A DNA stretch of 64,000 nucleotides from Candidatus Obscuribacteraceae bacterium. Lineage in GTDB: Bacteria; Cyanobacteriota; Vampirovibrionia; Obscuribacterales; Obscuribacteraceae. The notes below the pieces were generated by a model. The model was not told the origin of the DNA, ran no database searches, and saw only the letters and a list, made by a program, of their open reading frames with translations. The stretch lies in assembly GCA_044226015.1 (NCBI GenBank), contig JBGAHS010000007.1:448001-512000 (forward strand), given 5' to 3'. Made by a program: the position numbers and the translations under genes. The stretch's first letter is position 1; each line of letters begins with the position of its first letter. Of this stretch, positions 38,548 to 46,470 are shown piece by piece.

Positions 38548-40203
38548 CTAGACCTCTTCGGAAATCATTGAAGAGAGTTCGTTGTAGCGCGATTGAAGAA
38601 CCTTCAAGTTCATACTGAAGACAGGGTCCACGAGCTCCTCATTGCGTAACTGGTCAAGCAGCTTTATTGAGTGCTTGATGGAAATGCGCAAACCTTCATT
38701 TATTTCTGAACTACCAACCTCTGCAACTTCATATAACGGAATGCTTGCATCAAGAAGTGAGGCAAGGGTCTCGGCTGCTACGACTTCCGCATCGCTCCAT
38801 CGTTTTGATTGTCCGGCAACTTGCTCTTTCCATGCCTCGAATGATTTCCGCGGGTGCAATTTGTTGGGTGAACTTACTGAAACTGCTTTTTCCGGATTTC
38901 CGCCCCATGTCAGAGTCTGTTTGTATTCTGGGCGGAAAATCAGCAAATAGCCATGCAGCATTTTTATTGCAATTAGACCTGAGGCTTTCTCTTCGTTGCC
39001 CTTGAAGATCTCAAAGGTGGCTGGCAAACGATTGGTAAAAAATATACTCGACCGCTTCTCTTCTCGGAGACTTTGCACCAGGCTCTGGATTGTTGCTGTA
39101 GCAATTATTTCGCCGCACTGTCCCTCAGTATTTCCATCTTCGGAAGCGTAAATCACAGCGCTTGCATCGAATAAACGAAGGGACTTCTCGCCAATCGAAT
39201 CAAAGAGAGAGAGCCTGTTTTTTGACTCTAGAATCTTTTGACCTATGCTGGAAAATTGCGACACCAGTTGTAGTGCATCCTTCTTTATAATGCTGGCAAG
39301 ATGCTCTGAGGCAAATTTGCCTATGAACTCACATACAGAACGAATCCAGTAGTTCGTGTATTTTGCAGTGCTGTGATGACCGGCAATTAGCCCCCATAGA
39401 CGACCATTAACAATAAGCGAAATTGTCAGGCTCGCGCCGACATTCATGTTCTTCAGGTACTCAATGTGAATCGGCGACGCTTGTCTCAAAGCACTAAGAG
39501 TCATATTGATTGGGCGTCCCCTTCCAGCCGAATGTGAGGGAACCAGCGGAATCGATGGACTGTTTACATCAGCAATCAGGCGGGTCCAATTTGCCGTAAA
39601 GAGCTTTCTTGCAGGCTCTGGAATATCGCTGGCCGGGAAATGATTTCCCATGTAACTGTCCATGCCAGGTCTGAGGTCCTCACCGACGACCTCACCATGC
39701 CAATCTTCATGAAATTTATACAGCATGACCCGTTCTAACCCAGTGACCTTTCTGACACAGCGAACAAGTTCTTCCGCAAATTCCTTGACCGTATTTGTTT
39801 TAGATAAAGTTACGATGCATTCCTGAAGTCCAGAAGCAGCGTTGTCTGCATCATGCATGTCTGTTGACTCATCTCTAGGCTCGAGTTCAATAATCATGCA
39901 GCCGTCGCTAATGTGGGCAATTGCGTTTGCTTTGATTTTGCTTCCAACAACTCCAACAGGCACCAGTGCCCTGTCCTTGTTACTCGCAAACGAATTTAGT
40001 GTTTCAAGTTGTCTTTCCGAAAAAAAGGCGGAACAATGTTCGCCAATAATGCTCTCGGTACTCTCTTCCAGCCAATCAGAAATGTTTGCAGAAGTTTGCA
40101 CTACGTACATTGAACCATCAAGTACCAACAAAGCACCGTAACTCTGAATTTCATTTATGTATGCCACCGGCTCTCTGTCACAATTCGACTCGTCTACTTG
40201 CAC
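38548..40203 (-). CDS. Bacteriophytochrome photosensory module (PAS-GAF-PHY) without an output kinase
   Basis: N-terminal NCDREP Cys, RVMLYKF, ASDIP, SPIHIEYL, LWGLI and PRKSF..W. Confidence 0.92.
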   Translation of the reverse strand: MQVDESNCDREPVAYINEIQSYGALLVLDGSMYVVQTSANISDWLEESTESIIGEHCSAFFSERQLETLNSFASNKDRALVPVGVVGSKIKANAIAHISDGCMIIELEPRDESTDMHDADNAASGLQECIVTLSKTNTVKEFAEELVRCVRKVTGLERVMLYKFHEDWHGEVVGEDLRPGMDSYMGNHFPASDIPEPARKLFTANWTRLIADVNSPSIPLVPSHSAGRGRPINMTLSALRQASPIHIEYLKNMNVGASLTISLIVNGRLWGLIAGHHSTAKYTNYWIRSVCEFIGKFASEHLASIIKKDALQLVSQFSSIGQKILESKNRLSLFDSIGEKSLRLFDASAVIYASEDGNTEGQCGEIIATATIQSLVQSLREEKRSSIFFTNRLPATFEIFKGNEEKASGLIAIKMLHGYLLIFRPEYKQTLTWGGNPEKAVSVSSPNKLHPRKSFEAWKEQVAGQSKRWSDAEVVAAETLASLLDASIPLYEVAEVGSSEINEGLRISIKHSIKLLDQLRNEELVDPVFSMNLKVLQSRYNELSSMISEEV

Positions 40204-40206
40204 GCT

Positions 40207-41646
40207 TTACACCTGTTCTTTCTTAATGGGGATTCTGAGTATGAAAGTTGAGCCTTTCCCGTACTCACTTTGGCAAGTCAGTGAACCATTAAGGGCTTTT
40301 GCGAGTTGGCTGCAAATTGATAAACCTAGTCCTGTGCCACCAGGTTGTCTGCCCGTGGCTTTTCCTCCTTGTACGAATGGTTGAAATATAAGGTTCAATT
40401 CGCTCTCTTCAATTCCGATTCCTGAATCGCTAATCGAGAACTGTAAGAACATATCATCGTATGGAACGGCTTTGATGGTGACATTGCCTTTCTCTGTGAA
40501 TTTCAGAGCATTGTGTATCAGGTTCGTGAGTATTTGTCGCACTTTAACCTGGTCACCGGTGTACAAGGGCTCTAGTGCTGGGGAAAGCTCCAAATCAAGT
40601 TGAAGATTCTTTTGCTCAGCCAGAGGTGCCATCTGTGTCTTCACATCATTGAGCATTTCTGAAACAGAGAATTTGTTGTCAGAAATGGTGAACTCACCTC
40701 GTTCAATCTTTGCAAAATCGAGAATTTCATTGACCAGTGCCAGCAAATTTTTTGCAGACTTGAAAATCATCGGTGCTAGTTCTTCGGTCGTTTGAGTATC
40801 TGGAGCCTGACAAAGAAGCTCAGCACCCGATACAATGCCCGAGAGAGGTGTTCGAATTTCATGGCTGACATTTGCAATGAATTGGGAACGCATTTGTACC
40901 GCTTGCTCCGAAACACGGTACATTTTCAACAGCTGCGTAGTAACGGCTTCAAGTGCTGAAGTTCTTTCTTCAACCTTGCGTTCTAGCATTTCTTCATTAA
41001 GCTTTCGTTCGGTCACGTCTCGCAGAATAGCAAGGCAAGCAGGCTTACCGCTCCATTGAATTTCTGTTACCCGCATTTCTGCAATCGAGCGATCTCCCTT
41101 AAGGTTAAGAAGATCAATTTCAGTTATGTCCCCACTCACAGCCGGGTAGCCAAAGTCTTCATTCAATTCGAGTTTATTTTGAAAGAATGCGGTAGCGGCT
41201 GGGTTCATATACAAAAGTTTGCCGTCTTCGTCTATCACGAGTATGCAGTCAGTGCATTTCTCGATAATGTTACGAACCTCTCCATCGCGCTGTCTAAGTG
41301 CTTTGCTGAGATTCTGCCGTTCAGCCAAATCACTTACTCTGGTTTCCAAAGTCTCAATTATGTTCAAAACCGACTCTTTGCTTTCTGTCGATTCCGTGAT
41401 TTTTAGAACAGGAATGTTCTTTCCACCAGTTAGAAGGTCTTTTCTGAGTTCCCATTGCTCACCAATAGCGGTGCTTAGAATGACTGCGTTGTAAGAATTG
41501 CTATCGAGATTTAAGGAGCCGTTGTGAAGCTGCTCTTCCGTGATGACATCGGCCAAAATATTCGCCGTTGCTGATAGCCGATCTCGAATCAGCCGCGCGT
41601 TACGCGCGTCAGCAGTCACTACAATCACTTTGTATGGTGAATTCAT
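40207..41646 (-). CDS. Histidine kinase with degenerate receiver + PAS + HisKA/HATPase
   Basis: VSHEIRTPL, NLIHNALKFT, DSGIGI and GGTGLGL; PAS segment ILVID.DGKLLYMNPAA; receiver-like N-terminus. Confidence 0.88.
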   Translation of the reverse strand: MNSPYKVIVVTADARNARLIRDRLSATANILADVITEEQLHNGSLNLDSNSYNAVILSTAIGEQWELRKDLLTGGKNIPVLKITESTESKESVLNIIETLETRVSDLAERQNLSKALRQRDGEVRNIIEKCTDCILVIDEDGKLLYMNPAATAFFQNKLELNEDFGYPAVSGDITEIDLLNLKGDRSIAEMRVTEIQWSGKPACLAILRDVTERKLNEEMLERKVEERTSALEAVTTQLLKMYRVSEQAVQMRSQFIANVSHEIRTPLSGIVSGAELLCQAPDTQTTEELAPMIFKSAKNLLALVNEILDFAKIERGEFTISDNKFSVSEMLNDVKTQMAPLAEQKNLQLDLELSPALEPLYTGDQVKVRQILTNLIHNALKFTEKGNVTIKAVPYDDMFLQFSISDSGIGIEESELNLIFQPFVQGGKATGRQPGGTGLGLSICSQLAKALNGSLTCQSEYGKGSTFILRIPIKKEQV

Positions 41647-41656
41647 AGTGAGACCC

Positions 41657-43150
41657 TTACTCATCAAACATGTGGTCAAGTCGCGTGAGTTCATTTTGTG
41701 AGTGTTGAACCGGATTACCCGCCAGGATTCCCGTAACATTGAGGAATGGATCGCCGATGTGCATTCCATCATGATCAATGCTGAATTTTCTGATTTGTTT
41801 GTCGTGCATTGAACCTCGCATCTTCAGAACTGTGATGCCTCTCTGCATTTCTCCATTCAACTCAACGTAACGCAATAGAATGATGCTATCCGTGATTGTG
41901 GAAATGTGTGATTCCGTTATCGATGGTCCACCTAACAATGACGGAGTCGTCGAAGTGAGCAAACCTGCAATTTCTTTTTCTTTTAAGAATGAACTCAAAC
42001 TCAACACGAATTCTCTAAATGCCTTCGGCAGTGAGATTCGCTCGAGAGCTGAGAGGCTGTCTACAGCTACGCGGCTGGGCTTGAATTCTTTGATTGATTT
42101 TTGCATGTTATACAGATGTTCTTCGAGACTCGATGTTTCTGGATATTGGCATCGGACGGACAAAAGATTTTTCTGTTCCAATTCTTCAAAGTGCATTCCC
42201 CATCCGGTCGCGTTTCGGAAAAATTGGTCTTTACTTTCTTCAAAAGCGAAGACCATTGCTCTTTCACCTTTTACTGCAGCGCCATTAGCGAAGTGATTTA
42301 CCGTAAGCGATTTGCCTGTTCCGGTAGCTCCTGAAACTAATATGATGGAGTCTCGGAAGAAGCCGCCACCACACATAGAATCGAGCTCATCTACCCCACT
42401 GTGAATTCTCGTTGTGGAAGACCTCTGTGTAAGAGACATTGAAGAGAGTGGGCTAAATGTTAATCCTATGTCCTCGAGAATAGTGAAAGGGCATTCTCCC
42501 TTTTCGTGGTTAGAACCGCGAAACTTCAATATTTCGATTGTGCGCCTTCTTTTCTCCAAATCCAGCGGGTTGCGCAAGAGCACCACGTTGTCTGCGACAA
42601 ACTCCTCCACCCCAAACTGCGAAATGGCTCCGTAATCACTATTGCGTTCTGCTGTGACTATGGAAGTGACCCCGAGCTTTTTCAGCGCTGACACAATAGA
42701 GAAGAGCTCGCGTCTGACGAGCTGATTATTGTCCAGCTGTGAAAACAAAGCTCCCAGGGAATCAAAAGATAGTCTGGTGGCGTTAACTTCTTGTACCGCG
42801 TATTTTATTCGCGCGATAATTGCGGAGAGTTCAAAGTCACCGCTGATGTGGGTTTCCTCATCTAAGATTGGCGATATATCCACAAACGCCCACCTCTTTT
42901 CCTCTTCCCACTTCTTAATATCCCATCCGAAGGCGGCGAGATTATCGCGAATATCTTCAGGCGTCTCTTCAAATGTGACGAAAACACCATTCTCGTTAAA
43001 TCGTTCAATTCCCATAGCTAGAAACTGCGCAGCAAAAAGTGTCTTGGCACTGCCCGCAGTGCCTGCAACAAGAGTGGCTCTGTTGCGCGGCAAACCGCCA
43101 TGCGAAATATGATCAAAGCCCTCAATACCAGTCTTGAGTTTATTCGTCAT
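41657..43150 (-). CDS. kaiC: Circadian clock ATPase/autokinase KaiC
   Basis: Two RecA domains (GTAGSAKT, GATGTGKS), FEE catalytic pairs, ITESHISTITD phospho-site loop and KMRGS.HDK. Confidence 0.95.
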   Translation of the reverse strand: MTNKLKTGIEGFDHISHGGLPRNRATLVAGTAGSAKTLFAAQFLAMGIERFNENGVFVTFEETPEDIRDNLAAFGWDIKKWEEEKRWAFVDISPILDEETHISGDFELSAIIARIKYAVQEVNATRLSFDSLGALFSQLDNNQLVRRELFSIVSALKKLGVTSIVTAERNSDYGAISQFGVEEFVADNVVLLRNPLDLEKRRRTIEILKFRGSNHEKGECPFTILEDIGLTFSPLSSMSLTQRSSTTRIHSGVDELDSMCGGGFFRDSIILVSGATGTGKSLTVNHFANGAAVKGERAMVFAFEESKDQFFRNATGWGMHFEELEQKNLLSVRCQYPETSSLEEHLYNMQKSIKEFKPSRVAVDSLSALERISLPKAFREFVLSLSSFLKEKEIAGLLTSTTPSLLGGPSITESHISTITDSIILLRYVELNGEMQRGITVLKMRGSMHDKQIRKFSIDHDGMHIGDPFLNVTGILAGNPVQHSQNELTRLDHMFDE

Positions 43151-43158
43151 TCAGCACC

Positions 43159-43494
43159 CTATGAATTTCCTGTACCATCATTTTCAGAGCAAAGGTCTAG
43201 CCTCTGTCTGATGAAATCCGTATCTCTGAGGTCACCAACTATTCGCCGCTTCGGTAGAGGTAGTGTTCTAACCAGCATTGGAGTAGCAAAAACCTTTTCC
43301 TTTTCGGCAATGTCCGGATTTTGAATTATGTCTACGATTTCGAACTCTATTGAGTCGCCATCGCAAATTGTTTTTAGATGATCAATAGCCCGGGCCGTCC
43401 GACTGGACGTCCCCGCGACATAAAGAATTAAGCGCTTTTTGCCTACCATAATCATCAGGACACTTTTCCAAATATCCGCTAAATAGTACTCCAT
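43159..43494 (-). CDS. kaiB: KaiB (start possibly 43449)
   Basis: LYVAG, EIVDI..NP..AE, ATPML…P.P.RRIVGDL. Confidence 0.93.
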   Translation of the reverse strand: MEYYLADIWKSVLMIMVGKKRLILYVAGTSSRTARAIDHLKTICDGDSIEFEIVDIIQNPDIAEKEKVFATPMLVRTLPLPKRRIVGDLRDTDFIRQRLDLCSENDGTGNS

Positions 43495-43622
43495 CGTTGA
43501 TGCAATTTTTTTGAATCGGTTCCGACTCTTTTATGCGTTTTTCATAAAACTTCGGCTAAGTTACTACAATCTATTAATAGGTAATTCTGATTGCTAAAAT
43601 TGAATAGTCTGAGCCCAAGCCA

Positions 43623-44432
43623 TTGATGTTTAAAGAAAACGATTCCTACCAACTCTCAGTTTTAATAGTTGATTCTGATTCATCAGATAGACGAGCGATT
43701 GTGCGCACCCTCGCTCAACTTGCGGATGAAGTCCAAATCACTGAGGGACAAACATGTCGTGAAGCCTATGAGCTACTCGTGTCAAAGCAATTCGACATTG
43801 CGTTAATTTGCCAGGACCTTCCAGATGAACTTGGTACCGATCTGCTCGTGCGTTTGAAAGATGAAGGACGATTAGATGCGCCTGTGATCTTGCTAACAAG
43901 TACAGATGACATTGGTGAGGAAGTTATTCGGCTAGGTGCCCATGAATTCATCAGCAAGCAGTCTCGAAGTTTACAGCAGTTCAAGAAATCCATTCGATAC
44001 GCTATTGAGAGGCACCGTCTGTGGCGCGAATTGGTGGAAACTAAATTGCGTTCCGCCAGAGAACGCGAGCTAAGCTCGTTTGAAGCACCTGACTCGAATG
44101 TAACCGTTCAACCTGATCAGAATGCGTTTGAAGAACAGTTTGATAATCTTGTCTCAGAGTATTCGCGAATATTTGAGGAATTTTCGTTGGATAATTCGTA
44201 CAAGAGAGAGCTGAAGGCATCGGCAGCTCTGGTACGAGCGTTCGCGGAGCGAGTAGGGCAAATTGGCTTGGGTCCAAAAGAACTTGTGAGTATACATAGG
44301 AAATATTTGCAGCAAGCTGTAGAAGGCAAATCTTCTTTGCGTGAACAATCGTTGATGAATGAGACGCGCTTTTTTCTACTTCAATTAATGGGAGAGTTGC
44401 TTCTGTATTATCGTGATCGCAAGAAGGACTAG
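43623..44432 (+). CDS. KaiA3-like protein: (pseudo)receiver + KaiA C-terminal-like helical domain
   Basis: N-terminal receiver fold. The C-terminal Y..I…F.E…..ELVSIH…NETRFFLLQLMGELLLYYR parallels KaiA's VVEIH…DYRLTLIDVIAHLCEMYR. Divergent from kaiBC. Confidence 0.75.
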   Translation: MMFKENDSYQLSVLIVDSDSSDRRAIVRTLAQLADEVQITEGQTCREAYELLVSKQFDIALICQDLPDELGTDLLVRLKDEGRLDAPVILLTSTDDIGEEVIRLGAHEFISKQSRSLQQFKKSIRYAIERHRLWRELVETKLRSARERELSSFEAPDSNVTVQPDQNAFEEQFDNLVSEYSRIFEEFSLDNSYKRELKASAALVRAFAERVGQIGLGPKELVSIHRKYLQQAVEGKSSLREQSLMNETRFFLLQLMGELLLYYRDRKKD

Positions 44433-44524
44433 CCGGAGTGTTGAACAAGCTGTTTTTGTTCCTGAAGTGAAATTTCTTGCAAGCAAGGTATGCTGTCCAA
44501 AAGTAACTGAGCAGTAGCCGCGGC

Positions 44525-45733
44525 TTGAAATCCGTTGCAGAAATTGGTACAACCACGTTTTGCCACTCGAGAGGCTGGGACCCGACTTTGAACATTTTCA
44601 AGATATGTTTGCTTTCCGCATCGATTCTATTTCTGCAAAATCAAGTTCCTTCATGGGCCGATGACACGTCTCCTGATGCTCCCGCCTCCGCAGAGAATGG
44701 CCCGCCGACTACGACAGATTCGAGTTCCATGAACCCGAATGAGCAAAATTCCGATGATGCCACTGCCGCTGCGTCTGCCCCAGATAATCCGGCTGATGTT
44801 GCGGCTTACTCTGGCGACCTGGGAACTTTAGAGAACCAGTTGTTTCACGCTAATTTTGCCTCTGAATCGATGCAATCGAGGCTTGATAGAATTGAGCGGT
44901 TAATTTATGGTACTGCTAAGAGTGGCACAGTAGCTGAGCGAATGAAAGAACTGCTCACTGATGTTCACATGCAGGCTCCGACTGCGAGCCCGCCTGCAAG
45001 CTCAGGGCCTGTCGCTGCTGCCCCCAGCTCAGCACCTGACGCCCCGTCTCAGAACACCCAGAATTACGAGACACAGTCCGAACAGCCGGAAAGTTCTCAA
45101 GGTAGCCAGTCTTATTATTATCCGTCCCAGAATGCTGCCGCTGGAGCCAATGGCTATCAAAACAGTGCTCAGGCTAATTCTATGACTGGGCAAGCCACTA
45201 TCAAGGGACCGCAAAAATCCTCATCTCTAAAGGCTGAAGTTTCGGCTATGGAAATGCAGGTATATCAAAAGACTTACAATGACAGTCTTAACAGTCGTGT
45301 CGCGCGCCTGGAACAAACAGTTTTCGCCAATCAGCCGCCCCAGCATTTTTCATCCTTACCGCTTCGAGTCAACAATTTGGCTTCTGCACTGCAACCGGCT
45401 TTTGCTCATCCTCAAAATCTATATGAAAGCACTCCTGTGCTGGCGACTTCCAAAGAATCAAAAAAGAGCGATGAAGAGAAGCAAAAGAATGGACATCCTT
45501 TCTTAAAGAAGTTGGGGGCTGAGTTAGCCAGGGGCGCTATGATGGCTGGTTCAATGGCTGGAAGCATGGCTGTATCAAGTATGATGAACGGTGGCTATAG
45601 CAATGGCTATGGTGGCTATGGCGGCGGCTATGGTGGCTACGGTGGCGGTTATGGAAACTACGGTGGCTATGGCGGTTACCCTCCGTTTGGCGGCGTGAGC
45701 AATTTTTCAGGACTGGCAGGAATGCATTTCTAA
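44525..45733 (+). CDS. Secreted protein with repeated helical motif and Gly/Tyr-rich tail
   Basis: Signal peptide (…PSWA); LE..LF…SRLDRIE motif twice; C-terminal (GGY)n. Confidence 0.7.
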   Translation: MKSVAEIGTTTFCHSRGWDPTLNIFKICLLSASILFLQNQVPSWADDTSPDAPASAENGPPTTTDSSSMNPNEQNSDDATAAASAPDNPADVAAYSGDLGTLENQLFHANFASESMQSRLDRIERLIYGTAKSGTVAERMKELLTDVHMQAPTASPPASSGPVAAAPSSAPDAPSQNTQNYETQSEQPESSQGSQSYYYPSQNAAAGANGYQNSAQANSMTGQATIKGPQKSSSLKAEVSAMEMQVYQKTYNDSLNSRVARLEQTVFANQPPQHFSSLPLRVNNLASALQPAFAHPQNLYESTPVLATSKESKKSDEEKQKNGHPFLKKLGAELARGAMMAGSMAGSMAVSSMMNGGYSNGYGGYGGGYGGYGGGYGNYGGYGGYPPFGGVSNFSGLAGMHF

Positions 45734-45794
45734 AAGCTTGCTAGATTTTCATACGCCACCCACCTAATTTTCTTAGCGTCTGTCTATTTGCTTG

Positions 45795-45822
45795 GGGACA
45801 TTTTAGGGACAAAGTAGGGACA
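45795..45822 (+). promoter_or_regulatory. Three phased GGGACA direct repeats (11-bp period)
   Basis: GGGACA at 45795, 45806 and 45817, upstream of the TPR-tad cluster. Confidence 0.4.
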
Positions 45823-45878
45823 AGCTCGGCTCGTAGCTTCGATAACCTTTAAGCAGGTTAGTTAAGTGAGTTACGAAC

Positions 45879-46427
45879 ATGAATCTCAGGTCCACAACTT
45901 TAGCTTTTATTTTGAGTGCTCTGTCTTTGGCACCAGCACTTGCCTCAGGACAGGAATTTTGCCAGGCTGCTGTGATTTCTAATTTGGAAGCATGCATCCG
46001 AAAGAATCCGACCGATCTTCAAATGCGAAGACAATATGTACTCGAACTGGTCAAAGTCGGTAAGGCCAGGCAGGCTTCTGCTGAAATGGATGGGCTAATA
46101 AGAGCTGGACTTCGCAGCTCGGATGATTTTCGCTTGCTGGCTGATTGTTGCCGTTTTAGTGGCGAGCAGAGTAAAGCGATTCGCTACTACCAGGAGAGTC
46201 TGAGTCTGAATGCCGCTGATTCTCATGCATCAGCAGGAATGGCATTGAGCTACCTGTTAGCTGGTCAATCGCAAATTGCTTTGAAGGTTTGCAAAGATGC
46301 TCTTCCTCACTCGGTTGAAACTCAGGGACGTCGTGATTTGTTGAACGCTATGTCAAAAATAAATGAGTTTCAAAGAGAACGGACCATTGCTAAGCAGCCA
46401 AACAAGGCTGATGGTGTCAGTTTCTAG
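45879..46427 (+). CDS. Secreted TPR protein
   Basis: Signal peptide plus TPR-like helices. Confidence 0.7.
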   Translation: MNLRSTTLAFILSALSLAPALASGQEFCQAAVISNLEACIRKNPTDLQMRRQYVLELVKVGKARQASAEMDGLIRAGLRSSDDFRLLADCCRFSGEQSKAIRYYQESLSLNAADSHASAGMALSYLLAGQSQIALKVCKDALPHSVETQGRRDLLNAMSKINEFQRERTIAKQPNKADGVSF

Positions 46428-46470
46428 GTCGTCTAATAGTTTCCGGGTCTAATAAGTAGGAGTTTGAAAA

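Noticed and set aside
40201..40212. Programmed readthrough producing an HK-BphP fusion
   Set aside because: TAA is rarely read through, BphP has its own SD-like AGGTG and GTG start, and phytochrome modules are normally N-terminal to kinases.
41647..41778. ORF-track extension of the histidine kinase into kaiC
   Set aside because: It overlaps kaiC by about 120 nt; ATG 41646, 10 nt after the kaiC stop, is more plausible.
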